64,000 nucleotides of DNA from a bacterium (GTDB lineage: Bacteria > Krumholzibacteriota > Krumholzibacteriia > LZORAL124-64-63), in contig JANOEP010000039.1 of NCBI GenBank assembly GCA_031441465.1, forward strand, positions 15,221 through 79,220, read 5' to 3'. Below the pieces are notes generated by a model, which was not told the DNA's origin, did no database searches, and saw only the letters and a list, made by a program, of their open reading frames with translations. Each line of letters begins with the position of its first letter. Positions within the stretch are counted from its first letter, which is position 1. This document shows positions 9,918 through 20,200 of the stretch, piece after piece. The translations under genes were made by a program, and so were the position numbers.

Positions 9918-10400
9918 TTGTACTCGCCCGAATCCCTGCTCGACCTGCACAAACGCACCCACCGCGGGTTGGCGTCGCTGCTCAGCTACTGTCGCTGCCT
10001 CTCCGATGAGGAACTGCACCGCGAGCTGTCGGGATTCGGGTACCCGACCGTCCACCAGCAGCTGCACCACGTCATCGGCGCCCAGCGCTACTGGATCGGC
10101 GTGCTGCAGGGCCGGATCGACGCCGACGAGGACGCGCCCGACTTCCCGACGATCGAAGCGCTCGAGCGCTTCCGCGAGCAGGTCTTCGCCGCAACCGAGG
10201 CGTACCTGCGCGGCGTGTCCGCGGCGGAACTGGCCACGGCCCGGCCGATGACGACCTGGGGGAACCGGGAGAAGACGCTCGCGCCGCAGCACGTGGTGCT
10301 GCGCGTGCTGACACACGTCTATCACCACCAGGGTCAGCTCGCCGCGATGTGCCGCCTGCTGGGCCGGCCCTGCGAGGGATTGGACTATCCGCTGGACTGA
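9918..10400 (+). CDS. DinB/YfiT-like (DinB_2) metal-dependent hydrolase family protein.
   Basis: It has the histidine-rich four-helix pattern (HQQLHHVIGAQRYW, HVYHHQGQLAAM) typical of the DinB_2 superfamily. The start codon is TTG. Confidence 0.55.
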   Translation: MYSPESLLDLHKRTHRGLASLLSYCRCLSDEELHRELSGFGYPTVHQQLHHVIGAQRYWIGVLQGRIDADEDAPDFPTIEALERFREQVFAATEAYLRGVSAAELATARPMTTWGNREKTLAPQHVVLRVLTHVYHHQGQLAAMCRLLGRPCEGLDYPLD

Positions 10401-10448
10401 CCGGCGGAACCATCGCTGCGAATCGAGTGTAGGAAACAGATTGGTGCT

Positions 10449-11681
10449 ATGGTGCCCGCCTATCAGGGAGCTTCCATCCTGACGATCCTACGGCGAAATT
10501 CCTTCCGGACCTGGCTGTTGCTGCCGCTGCTCGCCGGTTGCGCGGGCGACGACGCCCGCTCCGTCGTCCGCGCCGAGCGCGGCACGCTCCCCTTGGTCAT
10601 GGTCGAGACCGGCGAGATCGCCGCCGTCCGCGCCCAGGACCTGCGGCCGCCGCAGGACTGGGAGGCATCGCTGGTCATCGTCGAGTTGGCGCCCGAGGGC
10701 GCCATCGTCGCCATGGGCGACACCGTCGCGCGCTTCGACGACAGCGCCGTGGCGCGCCCCCTGGCCGACGTCGAGGATCGACTGCGCAACCTCGTCGCCC
10801 GGCGCGAGGGGACGGTCGCCAACCTGTCCAGTCAGCGCCAGGCGCTGGCCGACGCGGTGGCCATGTCCGAATTGAACCGCGAGCAGGCGCAGCTGCAGCT
10901 CACCAAGCTGCAGTTCGAGTCGCAGGTCCGCCGGCAGGAGTCGCAGCTTACGGCCGAGCGCGCCCGGATCGCGCTGGACGAGGCCCGCGCGAAACTCGTC
11001 GCGCAGGTGGTGCTCGACAGCCTGGCCCTGGCCAAGGAAGACCTCGAACTGGCCGGCGCCCGCACCGAGCGGGCGTCGCTGCTGGCGCGCCGGCGGGCCA
11101 TGTCGCTGCTGGCGCCGTTGCCGGGCATGGTGGTCCACCTCGAGCAGGAAGACCGCCAGGGCAAGCGCACCAAGCCGCGCGTCGGCGACGCGATCGATCC
11201 CTGGCGGCCCATCATCCAGATCCCGGACCTGTCGGACATGCAGGTGACCATGATGATCCACGAAGTGGACCGTCACCGCGTGGCGGTGGGCCTGCCGGTG
11301 CGGCTGCGCCTGGAGGCCTATCCCGAGGTCGGATTCACCGGTCGTCTCGAGAGCATCGCACGCCTGGCCGCGGAGGTCGAGTCCGGCACCGGCGTGCGCG
11401 GGTTCGCCGCCGTGGCCCGCATCGACGGGGCCGACCCGCGCCTGCGGCCGGGGATGACGGCCATCGTGGAGATCGGACTCGGCGAGGTCGCCGACGCCGT
11501 GCTGATCCCGCGCTCGGCGGCGATCGAGCGCGACGGCGAGTGGCTGGTCTACCCGCGAGCGACCTGGCCGCGGCCGCTGCCGGTGAGGCCCGTCGCCGTG
11601 ACGCCGATGACCGTGGCGGTGGCCGAGGGCCTGGCTGCCGGCACCGAACTGGTCGCCGAACCGCCAAAAGAGGACCCATGA
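10449..11681 (+). CDS. HlyD-family efflux periplasmic adaptor (membrane fusion protein), lipoprotein.
   Basis: It has a lipobox (LLAGCAG), a long coiled-coil (ELNREQAQLQLTKLQFESQVRRQESQLTAER...), and a C-terminal beta-barrel and MP domain. Confidence 0.7.
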   Translation: MVPAYQGASILTILRRNSFRTWLLLPLLAGCAGDDARSVVRAERGTLPLVMVETGEIAAVRAQDLRPPQDWEASLVIVELAPEGAIVAMGDTVARFDDSAVARPLADVEDRLRNLVARREGTVANLSSQRQALADAVAMSELNREQAQLQLTKLQFESQVRRQESQLTAERARIALDEARAKLVAQVVLDSLALAKEDLELAGARTERASLLARRRAMSLLAPLPGMVVHLEQEDRQGKRTKPRVGDAIDPWRPIIQIPDLSDMQVTMMIHEVDRHRVAVGLPVRLRLEAYPEVGFTGRLESIARLAAEVESGTGVRGFAAVARIDGADPRLRPGMTAIVEIGLGEVADAVLIPRSAAIERDGEWLVYPRATWPRPLPVRPVAVTPMTVAVAEGLAAGTELVAEPPKEDP

Positions 11682-12934
11682 ACCCGCAAGCACGTCGCCG
11701 CATCCTGAACATCTCCGTCGCAGCGGCGGCGGTCCTGGCGGCGATCCTCGTCTGGAGCGCGCGCCGGGAGCCGGACGCGTTGGTGACCACCGTCGCCGTG
11801 CGCGGCGAACTGGTGATCGACGTGGCCACCGTCGGCCAGGTGGAAGCGGTCCGCAGCCGCAGCATCTCCCGCCTGCGCACGGGCTTCTCGTGGGACGCGG
11901 TGCAGATCGCCCAACTCGCACCCGAGGGCAGTGTCGTCAAACAAGGCGATTTCCTGGTCCAGCTCGACATGACGACGGCCAAACAGCAGCTCGAACAGGT
12001 CGAGAACGCGCTGCTCAACGCGCAGGCCGAACTGGCGCGCCGGCGGGCCGAGAGCGACCAGCGTCTGGCCGAGCTGGAAAGCGCGCGTTTGAATCAGGAG
12101 TACAGCCACGAGCAGACCAAGCTGCGTTACGAGCTGATGGCCTTCGAGGCCGAGGTGCGTCGCCGCGAGCAGGAGTTGGAGCTGAAGAAGTCCGAGCTGT
12201 CGCTGCGCGAGGCCGGCGACCGGCTGGCCGTCCAGCGGATCATCGCCGAGGCCGAGCTGGCCAAGGCCCAGTACGACGTGCGCAACGCCGAGATGCAGGC
12301 GACGCAGGCGCGCGAAGCGCTCGCCTCGTTGACCATCACGGCGCCGGAGCCGGGCCTGGTCGTCTACAAGAGCTTCCGCGCCGGCAAGATCAAGGTGGGC
12401 GATCAGGCCTGGCCCGGCATGGAGCTGATCGATCTGCCCGATCTCACGCAGATGCAGGTGCGGACGCGGGTCAACGAGATCGACGTGCGGCAGGTCGCCG
12501 TGGACCAGGAGGTGATCGTCACGGTCGACGCCCTGGCCGGCCTGGAGTTCCGCGGCAAGGTCACGCGCATTGCCGCGCTCGCGCGGGCCGAGGGCGAGGC
12601 CAAGGTCAAGGTCTTCGACATCGACGTCCTGATCGAGGGCGCGGCCGGCGACCTGCGCCCGGGCATGACCGCCCAGTGCCGCATCATCGTCTCGCGGCTG
12701 GCCGACGTGGTGACCGTGCCGCTCGAGGCGGTCTTCGAGCGCGACGGCAAGAGCGTGGTCTACGTGGTCGGCGGGCGCGTGGAGGCGCGTTCGGTGACGC
12801 TCGGAGAGCGCAGCGACGACTTCGCGGTGGTCGAGTCCGGCCTCGCCGGGGGCGAGACGATCTCGTTGCGGGATCCGCAGCAACCGCTGCCCGCCGCTCC
12901 CGGCAAGGACGCAACGCGGGAGGCGGCGCCCTGA
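11678..12934 (+). CDS. HlyD-family efflux periplasmic adaptor, second paralog.
   Basis: The ATG at 11678 overlaps the upstream stop (ATGA). It has an N-terminal TM anchor, coiled-coil and HlyD_D23-like C-terminus. It is in frame with the ORF-track entry 10538..12934. Confidence 0.7.
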   Translation: MNPQARRRILNISVAAAAVLAAILVWSARREPDALVTTVAVRGELVIDVATVGQVEAVRSRSISRLRTGFSWDAVQIAQLAPEGSVVKQGDFLVQLDMTTAKQQLEQVENALLNAQAELARRRAESDQRLAELESARLNQEYSHEQTKLRYELMAFEAEVRRREQELELKKSELSLREAGDRLAVQRIIAEAELAKAQYDVRNAEMQATQAREALASLTITAPEPGLVVYKSFRAGKIKVGDQAWPGMELIDLPDLTQMQVRTRVNEIDVRQVAVDQEVIVTVDALAGLEFRGKVTRIAALARAEGEAKVKVFDIDVLIEGAAGDLRPGMTAQCRIIVSRLADVVTVPLEAVFERDGKSVVYVVGGRVEARSVTLGERSDDFAVVESGLAGGETISLRDPQQPLPAAPGKDATREAAP

Positions 12935-12936
12935 GC

Positions 12937-14169
12937 ATGCCCCTGCTGCAGACGGCGCGCGTCGGCGTGGCGGGCCTCGCGGCCCACCGCCTGCGCTCGC
13001 TGCTGACCACCCTGGGCATCGTCTTCGGCGTGGCGGCGGTCATCGCCATGCTCTCGATCGGCGAGGGTGCGCGCCGGCAGGTGATGGCGCAGTTCGCTCT
13101 GCTGGGCATCGACAACCTGCTGGTCATCGACAAGCCGCCGCCGGAGCCCGCCGGCGAGCAGGAGAGCCGGCCCTTCAGCCCCGGGCTCACGCTGGCCGAC
13201 GCCGCCGCCGTCCGGGAGGTGCTGCCGGGCGTGCGGCGCGTGGTGCCGCTGCGCATCGTCGAGCTGGACGTGCAGGCGGGACGCAAGCGCGTGTCGGCCA
13301 GCGCCGTCGGCACGACGCCGGACTACGTCGGCGTCATGCGCAGCCGACCGGCCTCGGGGCGCTTCTTCACGTCCGGCGAGGTGGACTCGGTGGCGCGGGT
13401 GTGCGTGCTCGGGCCGGGCCTGGCCCGCGAACTGTTCCTGCTGGCCGACCCGCTCGGGGAGCGGGTCAAGATCGGCCGCGATTGGTACGACGTGATCGGG
13501 GTCATGGCCGGGCCGCCCGCCGGGGCCGGCGACCGGCTCGAGGATGTGCGCGACACCGATCGCGACGCCTTGGTCCCGGTATCCTGCGCCCTGCAGCGGA
13601 TGCCGCGCAAGACCGGCGAAAGCGAGCTACACCGGCTCGTGGCTCAGGTGAGCGACACCGACCGCATCCTCGAAACGGCGGCCGTGCTCGGCGCGCTCGT
13701 GGCGCGCCGCCACCGCGGTGTCGACGACCACCGCCTGGTGATCCCCCAGCAGCTCATCCGGCAGCAGCAGTCCACGCAGCGCATCTTCAGCATCGTCATG
13801 GGGGCGATCGCCGGCATCTCGCTGCTGGTCGGGGGCATCGGCATCATGAACATCATGCTGGCCAGCGTCCTGGAACGCACCCGTGAGATCGGCGTGCGCC
13901 GCGCCGTGGGCGCCACCCAGCGCGACGTGCTGCTGCAGTTCCTGCTGGAAGCCGTCGGCGTCAGCTTCCTGGGCGGCCTGATCGGCGTGGCCGTCGGCAT
14001 CGGGCTGGCGCAGGCCGTCGCCCGCTACGCGGGCTGGCCCGTGGCCATCGCGCCGTGGTCGGTGCTGCTGGCGTTCGGGGTTTCGGCCGCCGTGGGCGTC
14101 GTCTTCGGCTACTATCCCGCGCGCCGGGCGGCGCGCATGAACCCCATCGACTCCATCAGGTACGAATGA
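12937..14169 (+). CDS. ABC-transporter permease of the MacB/FtsX type. It is the permease only, with no ATPase domain.
   Basis: It has an N-terminal TM, a MacB-like periplasmic core domain, and a C-terminal FtsX four-TM region (GIMNIMLASVLERTREIGVRRAVGATQRDVLLQFLLEAV). The ATG at 12937 is 2 nt after the upstream stop. Confidence 0.75.
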   Translation: MPLLQTARVGVAGLAAHRLRSLLTTLGIVFGVAAVIAMLSIGEGARRQVMAQFALLGIDNLLVIDKPPPEPAGEQESRPFSPGLTLADAAAVREVLPGVRRVVPLRIVELDVQAGRKRVSASAVGTTPDYVGVMRSRPASGRFFTSGEVDSVARVCVLGPGLARELFLLADPLGERVKIGRDWYDVIGVMAGPPAGAGDRLEDVRDTDRDALVPVSCALQRMPRKTGESELHRLVAQVSDTDRILETAAVLGALVARRHRGVDDHRLVIPQQLIRQQQSTQRIFSIVMGAIAGISLLVGGIGIMNIMLASVLERTREIGVRRAVGATQRDVLLQFLLEAVGVSFLGGLIGVAVGIGLAQAVARYAGWPVAIAPWSVLLAFGVSAAVGVVFGYYPARRAARMNPIDSIRYE

Positions 14170-15707
14170 TGAAAACACTGCTGATCGTCTGCCTCCTCGC
14201 GCTCGCCGCGCCTTGCGCCGCCGCCGCGGCCGACGCCCCGGCGGACGCTCCGGCCGATACCGTCGCGCTCACCCTGCCGGAGGCGCTCGATCTGGCGCTC
14301 GCCGGCAGCTACGACGCGCGCGTCGTGCGCCTCTCGCTGCTGGAGGCCGAGCAGGACGTCGCCGCGGCGCGCGGCCGCTTCAAGACCCAGGTGGGCCTGG
14401 CCTTCGCCGCTCCCGAATACGACGAGTCGGTGCAGGGGATCAGCGAGCCGGGGCAGCTGCCCCAGTACACCGCCTACGGCAGCCGCGAGTGGCGCGCCGG
14501 GCTCACGCTCACCCAGCCGTTGCCGACCAACGGCCGCATCGGTCTCTCGGGGGACGTCTACCACCGCACCGACACCGTCTACGACGACCTGACCGGCGCC
14601 AATCTCGAGAGCCGGACCTTTTTCAACAGCTACCGGATCGACTTTTCCCAGCCGCTGCTGACGCCCAACACCCTGAAGCTCTCGCTCGAGCGCGCCCGGC
14701 TGAACCTCGACGAGTCGCGCCGCAACTTCACCGCCGCCCAGCTCAGCCTCGTCTACGACGTGACCGCCCAGTTCTACGACTACCTGCGCGCCCAGCGTCG
14801 CCTGGAGATCGCCCGCCACGACCTCGCCCGGCAGCAGGACGCCTACCAGCTCGCCAGCCGCAAGTTCACCGCCGGCCTGATCCCCGAGGTGGAGGCCCTG
14901 CAGATGGAAGTGGACCTCGCCCAGAGCCGCAACGACCTGCTCGGGGCCGAGGGCGGCGTCGCGCGCGCCGCCGACCGCTTCAAGCTGAACGTGGGGCTGC
15001 CCATGGACGCCCGCATCCGCGTCGCGGCCGCGACCGTGCCCCGCTTCTACGAGGTCGACCCCGAACTCGCGCTGCGGCATGCCCTGGAACACCGCGCCGA
15101 GATCCGCAACACCGAAGCCGGCCTGCGCCGCGCCGAGATCACCGTCGCCGAAACCGACGCGCGCTCGGCCGTCAAGGGCGAGCTGCGCGCCTACTACGAC
15201 CTCACCGGCATCGGCAGCAGCGACGACCTGCCCCTGCGCGACATGTGGGACCTGAGCTGGGACGACCTGCGGCACCGCCCCGGCAACAAGGGCGTGGCCT
15301 TCACCCTCTCAGTGCCGATCTGGGACAGCGGCGTCAACGGCGCCGAGGTGGCGGCGGCCCGCGCCGCGCTGGAGCGCAGCGGGCTCGACATCGACCAGCG
15401 GCGGCGGTCGGTGGTCCTGCAGGTCAACGCGGCGCTGAGCAACCTGGCCGAGAGCCGCGCCCGCCTCGACGTCCTGGCGCGCAGCGTCGAGGTGGCCACC
15501 CGCGGCCTGGACATCAGCCGGCAGCGCTTCGACAACGGGGACATCACGAGCCAGGAACTCGCGCTCGACCGCAGCCGGCTCACCCAGGCGAGCCTGGCCT
15601 ACCTGGACGCCTTCATCCAGTACCAGCTGGCCGGCGCGGATCTGCGGCGGCAGACGCTGTGGGACTTCGAGGGGGGGCGGTCGTTGGTGGCGGAGGCGGA
15701 GGAGTGA
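14166..15707 (+). CDS. TolC-family outer-membrane efflux protein.
   Basis: ATGATG at 14166 overlaps the permease stop. It has a signal peptide and two OEP repeats, characteristic of the outer-membrane factor family. Confidence 0.75.
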   Translation: MMKTLLIVCLLALAAPCAAAAADAPADAPADTVALTLPEALDLALAGSYDARVVRLSLLEAEQDVAAARGRFKTQVGLAFAAPEYDESVQGISEPGQLPQYTAYGSREWRAGLTLTQPLPTNGRIGLSGDVYHRTDTVYDDLTGANLESRTFFNSYRIDFSQPLLTPNTLKLSLERARLNLDESRRNFTAAQLSLVYDVTAQFYDYLRAQRRLEIARHDLARQQDAYQLASRKFTAGLIPEVEALQMEVDLAQSRNDLLGAEGGVARAADRFKLNVGLPMDARIRVAAATVPRFYEVDPELALRHALEHRAEIRNTEAGLRRAEITVAETDARSAVKGELRAYYDLTGIGSSDDLPLRDMWDLSWDDLRHRPGNKGVAFTLSVPIWDSGVNGAEVAAARAALERSGLDIDQRRRSVVLQVNAALSNLAESRARLDVLARSVEVATRGLDISRQRFDNGDITSQELALDRSRLTQASLAYLDAFIQYQLAGADLRRQTLWDFEGGRSLVAEAEE

Positions 15708-16300
15708 ACGGCGACCGCGGTGAAAGTAACATCCGGCGTCGGCAGCGTGTCCTGCGCGACGACGTCGCCATCGTCCCCTACGACCCCGCCTGGCCCGACG
15801 CCTTCCGACGCGAGTGCGACCACCTGCTCGCCTGCCTCCCGCGCGAACTGATCCGCCGCATCGAACATTTCGGCAGCACGGCCGTGCCGGGTCTCGCGGC
15901 CAAGCCCGTCGTGGACCTGCTGATCGAGGTGACCGACCTCGCGGCGACCAGGGAGCGGATCGCCCCGCGCCTGGAAGCCCAGGGTTACGATTACTTCTGG
16001 CGTCCGACGCACGGGGACGACGGGCCGCCGTTCTACGCCTGGTTCATCAAGCGCGACCCTGCGACCGGCGCGCGCACGCACCACCTCCACATGGTGGAGG
16101 CGGGTTTCACCGGACACTGGGACCGGCTGCTGTTCCGGGACTACCTGATCGCCCACCCGGCGACGGCGCGGGAGTACGAGGCGCTGAAGCTGCGGCTGGC
16201 CGCCGCGTCGCCGGGCGATCGGGTGGCCTACACGCGGGGCAAGTCGGAGTTCATCGAGCGCGTGACCGCATCGGCGCGGAGGGACGCCGCCGGACGGTGA
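15704..16300 (+). CDS. GrpB-family (UPF0157) nucleotidyltransferase-like protein.
   Basis: The IVPYDPAWPDAF...FGSTAVPGLAAKPVVDL...HHLHMVEAG motifs are typical of GrpB. The only in-frame start is GTG at 15704, which overlaps the TolC stop (GTGA). Confidence 0.65.
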   Translation: MNGDRGESNIRRRQRVLRDDVAIVPYDPAWPDAFRRECDHLLACLPRELIRRIEHFGSTAVPGLAAKPVVDLLIEVTDLAATRERIAPRLEAQGYDYFWRPTHGDDGPPFYAWFIKRDPATGARTHHLHMVEAGFTGHWDRLLFRDYLIAHPATAREYEALKLRLAAASPGDRVAYTRGKSEFIERVTASARRDAAGR

Positions 16301-16413
16301 CTCGTGTCAATACAGGATGATATTTCCGGGTAGATCGTGCTAGCATCCGGTCGTGCGGGTCTGGTTCACCGGCCGTTCGGCCGCCCTCGTTCCCGCCCAG
16401 CGAAAGGATTGCC

Positions 16414-17127
16414 ATGAGGCGAATATATGGAATGATCGTCGTCCTCTGCGTCTGTGCGTTCGCCGCGACGGCCGGCGCCGCCACCCTGCTGTCCGCCGAC
16501 TTCGCGGGCCTGACTCCGGGGCAGCCCGTCGGCCTCGGCGGGCCGACCGTCGGCGAGCCCGTCTCCGTCAGCAACTGCCTCGCGACGATCCGCAGCGCGC
16601 CCTTCCCGTCGAATTGCCTGGAGTTCGACGACGAGGCCGACTTCGGCACCGGCGGTGCGGTCTTCGAATTCCTGGAAGACGCCGAGGTGACCACCGGGAC
16701 GGTGACGGTCTCCGCCAAGCTCTGGTTCGCCGAGTTCGACGGCTACTATTTCCACCTGCGCGAGCACGGCGGCGCCGCGAAATCCTTCAACACCATCTAC
16801 CTGCAGGAGAGCGGCGCCGTGCTGGCCACCGACGCGGCCGGTTCCGCCGGTGTCGTCGGCCATTACGAGATCGGCCGCGTCATCGAGCTGCACATCGTCC
16901 ACGATCTGGACGCCCGCACGTACGACCTCTGGTGGGACGGCGTGCTGGTCGTGAACGACCGCGCCCACGGCGTCGTCGACCGGGGCATCGGCGGCGTCTA
17001 CACGGGCATCGACCACGATGCCGACCTCGACGGGATCTTCTCGTTGGACGACCTGTTGGTCACGACGGGGCCGATCACCGCGAACGAGGCCGGGTCCTGG
17101 GGCGGCGTCAAGGCCGCCTGGCGCTGA
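16414..17127 (+). CDS. Secreted hypothetical protein, LamG/jelly-roll-like, with a C-terminal GSWGGVKAAWR motif.
   Basis: It has a signal peptide (MRRIYGMIVVLCVCAFAATAGA) and beta-rich composition (DLWWDGVLVVNDRAHG). The C-terminus ends ...ANEAGSWGGVKAAWR. Confidence 0.5.
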   Translation: MRRIYGMIVVLCVCAFAATAGAATLLSADFAGLTPGQPVGLGGPTVGEPVSVSNCLATIRSAPFPSNCLEFDDEADFGTGGAVFEFLEDAEVTTGTVTVSAKLWFAEFDGYYFHLREHGGAAKSFNTIYLQESGAVLATDAAGSAGVVGHYEIGRVIELHIVHDLDARTYDLWWDGVLVVNDRAHGVVDRGIGGVYTGIDHDADLDGIFSLDDLLVTTGPITANEAGSWGGVKAAWR

Positions 17128-17156
17128 CCTCGCGTCGGATCGGACAGCACGAGGAA

Positions 17157-17183
17157 GGCCCCCGCGCACCGGACGCGGGGGCC
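17157..17183. terminator. Bidirectional intrinsic terminator hairpin between convergent genes.
   Basis: GGCCCCCGCG-caccgga-CGCGGGGGCC is a perfect 10-bp stem. TTCGCTGTTCC follows on the plus strand. Confidence 0.5.
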
Positions 17184-17245
17184 TTCGCTGTTCCTGCCGG
17201 CCGCCTCGGCGCCGCAGGCGCCGCGGCGAGCCGGATCACGGGGTC

Positions 17246-20200
17246 TCAGCGCACGAGCACCATCTTTCGGCTAGCGCCCAGTTGCCTGCCGTCCTGGTAC
17301 AGGCGGTACAGGTAGACGCCGCTGGCGACCTGGCGGCCGCGCTGGTCGGTCCCGTTCCAGTCCAGGGTCGCCGGACCCGCCGGCAGACGGCCGGCGCGGA
17401 TCCGCAGCACGAGGATGCCGCGCGAGTCGTAGATCGCGACTTCGGTGTCGCCGTCGTGCTGCAGGTTGAACTGGAGCCGGGTGCTCGGGTTGAAGGGATT
17501 GGGCTGGTTGCTCAGCTGCAGTCCTTCGGCCGGCCGCGCGGGCCGGGTCGGGTCCGCGGTGGCGAATTCCAATGCCGGCGGCGAGTTGCCCACGGTCAGG
17601 GACGCCGGCACCAGAACCAGCGGCGCGGTCGGGTCGTCGCTCCGGAAGATGATCGTGGCGCGGTGCTCGCCGGCGTCGACGCCCGTCGCGTCGAAGGTCG
17701 CCGTCACGTCCTGCGTCCCGCCGGACGGTACCGTGCCCGTCTGGGGCGCGACCGTCAGCCAGGTCGCGCGCAGGCCGATCAGGGCGATCTCGTTCTCCGC
17801 CAATTCGATCGCGTCCCTCAGGCCGTCGCCGTCGTCGTCGGCCGTGTAGTTCGCCATCTGGAAGGCGTTGAAGATCGCGCGGCCGGTCGCGTCGGCGACG
17901 ATCGCGCCGGAGTTCGGGAAGCCCTGGAACGCGGCCAGCTGCCGGGCGCCGGGCAGCGTCGCGACGAGCTGGCCGTCGCGCGTCAACGGGTTCGCGTTCC
18001 AGTGGAGGTTCCGGATCGCGTTGGGCCACAGGAAGCAGGCGTGATCCTCCTGCACGGCCGCGACGTCCAGCGGGGTGGTGATGGTGGACTGGTAGGACAC
18101 GCCTAGGCGCCCCATCAGGCTGTGGTTGGAGACGAGGTACACCGACCAGTCGGCGTAGATCAGGGAGCCGCCGGCGTCGAGGTGCGACGTCAGGGCGTTG
18201 AGGGCCGTGAACGACGTCACTTGCGAGTAGTTGCTCACGATCATCAGGTCCCAGGGGCCGTCGTTCGCGGCGGCGCCGAGGAATTCCGGCCAGGTGGTCG
18301 CCAGGGTGTGCCCGAGGCCCAGGCGCTGCAGCGCCAGGCTGAAGGCGTCGTTCACCGGCTCGTAGGGGGCCAGCAGCAGCGTGCGGGGGGCGTCGCGAGT
18401 CGCGCTCTCGCGGCTGTAGATGCGTCGACCGAAGGGAGCGGGCGACTTCGCCCCGCCGTTGTCGACGGCGTCGGCGGGAGCGGAGGGGCCCACCGGCAGG
18501 TCGCGGAACGTGAAGGCGGAGTCCTCCGGTTTCTCCCCGGACGAGGCCGTCAGGTGGGTGGACGCCGACCAGATCAGCTGGCCCGGGCCCAGGTTGCCGA
18601 TCGTCAACTGGAACGCGGCGGTGCCGCCGGGCGACAGCGTCGCCGACAGCGAATCCGGAGCGACCACGATCGCCGGCGGGGCCAGTCCGGTACCGGACAG
18701 CGGCAGCGTGATCACCGGTTCGTCCCTGTCGCCGCTGATGATCGTCAGCGTGCCGGTGACCGGGCCGAGCGTCGCCGGGGCGTAGGTCAGGGTCACGTAT
18801 TGCCGGTCGCCGGGCGCCAGCGTGATCGGCCCGACGGGTGCGACCGTGAAGTCGGCGTGGCTCGATGACAGGGTTCCGATCGTCAACGGCTCGCAGCCGT
18901 CGTTGGCGACGGGGATCGACCTCGCGGCCGGGTTCCCGACGTGCTGCGCCCCGAAGGCGAGGTCCGTGGGCGTCACCGCGATGTCCGGCTCGCCGATCAG
19001 CGCGAGCGTGACGCCCACCGGGACGACGGGCGTGTGCGGGTCGTCGCTGGCCACGTCGATCCGGGCGCCGAATATGGCGTTGCAGAGGTCCGTCGTGCTG
19101 TGCGTCACCGTCGCGTCGATCGACACCGCCACGTCCTGCGAGAGTCCCGGCGGGACGGTGCCCGAGGTCGGCTGCACCGTCAGCCAGGGCGCCACGCCGG
19201 CGACCAGCACGATCTCGTTCTCCGCGAGTTCGACGATGTCGCGCCGGCCGTCGCCGTCGTCGTCGCCGGTGTAGAGGTTGGTCAAGAACGCGTTGAAGAT
19301 GGCGCGGCCGGTCCCGTTCAGGACGATCGCGGCGGAAGTCGCGAGGCCCTGGAACGACGCCAGCGTGCGCGCACCCTCGTGGACGGTGATGATCTGGGCC
19401 TTGATGCCGGCCGGATTCAGGTCCCAGCGGAGCTGGTGCACGGCGTTGGGCATCCGGAAGCAACGGTGGTCCGGGTCGGTCGCCGCGAAATCCAGCGGCG
19501 TGTAGGTGAACTCCCGGTAGGTGAAGCCCAGGCGGTCCAGGAGTTCGTGATCGCGGTCGTAGTGGATCGTGTGGTCGGCGAAGATCAGGGCGCCGCCCGC
19601 GTCGAGATGGTCCACGAGGTCGTCGAACGCGTACTCGTCGGAGGATTCCTGGTTGTTGTTGACGATCACGAGATCCCAGGGTCCGCCGGCGGCAAGGAGA
19701 GCCCGAAGGTCGGCATAGTCCGACGCCGCGGTGTAGCTCCAGCCCAGACGCTGCAGCGCCAAGAGGTAGACGTCGGTCGCGATGTCGTCGGAGGGCAGCA
19801 GCAGGACGCTCGGCGTGCCGCGCTCCGCGGCGGCGGAAACGTCCAGGGGGGTCACCGACAACGACCAGTGCAGGTCGATCTGCCCCGGGTTGGCGATCTT
19901 CAGGTAGCGCAGGTCGACGCCGTCGGTGAAAAGCGCCGAAGCCAGAGTGTCCGGCGTCACGGTGATCAGGGCCGACGGCAGGCCGGTCCCGGAGAGCGGG
20001 ACCGTGATCGTCGGCTCGTCCAGGTCGTCGCTCGCGATCGTCAAGGCGCCCGCGACCGGGCCCTCGGTGACCGGAGCGTAGGTGACCAGCACGATCCGCG
20101 TCGAGTCCGGCGCCACGGTGAACGGGCCGGTCGGCGAGACGGAGAATTCGGCGTGGTTCGAGGTCACGGCCGACACCGACAGCAGATCGCAGCCGGTGTT

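Noticed and set aside
8820-10328. A 502-aa minus-strand ORF.
   Set aside because: It overlaps the well-supported plus-strand OMP and DinB_2 genes. The translation is low-complexity (RRG and PGR runs), typical of a GC-driven artefact.
10488-12883. Minus-strand ORFs of 477 aa and 444 aa opposite the HlyD genes.
   Set aside because: They are low-complexity antisense translations. The plus-strand genes have lipobox, coiled-coil and operon coupling.
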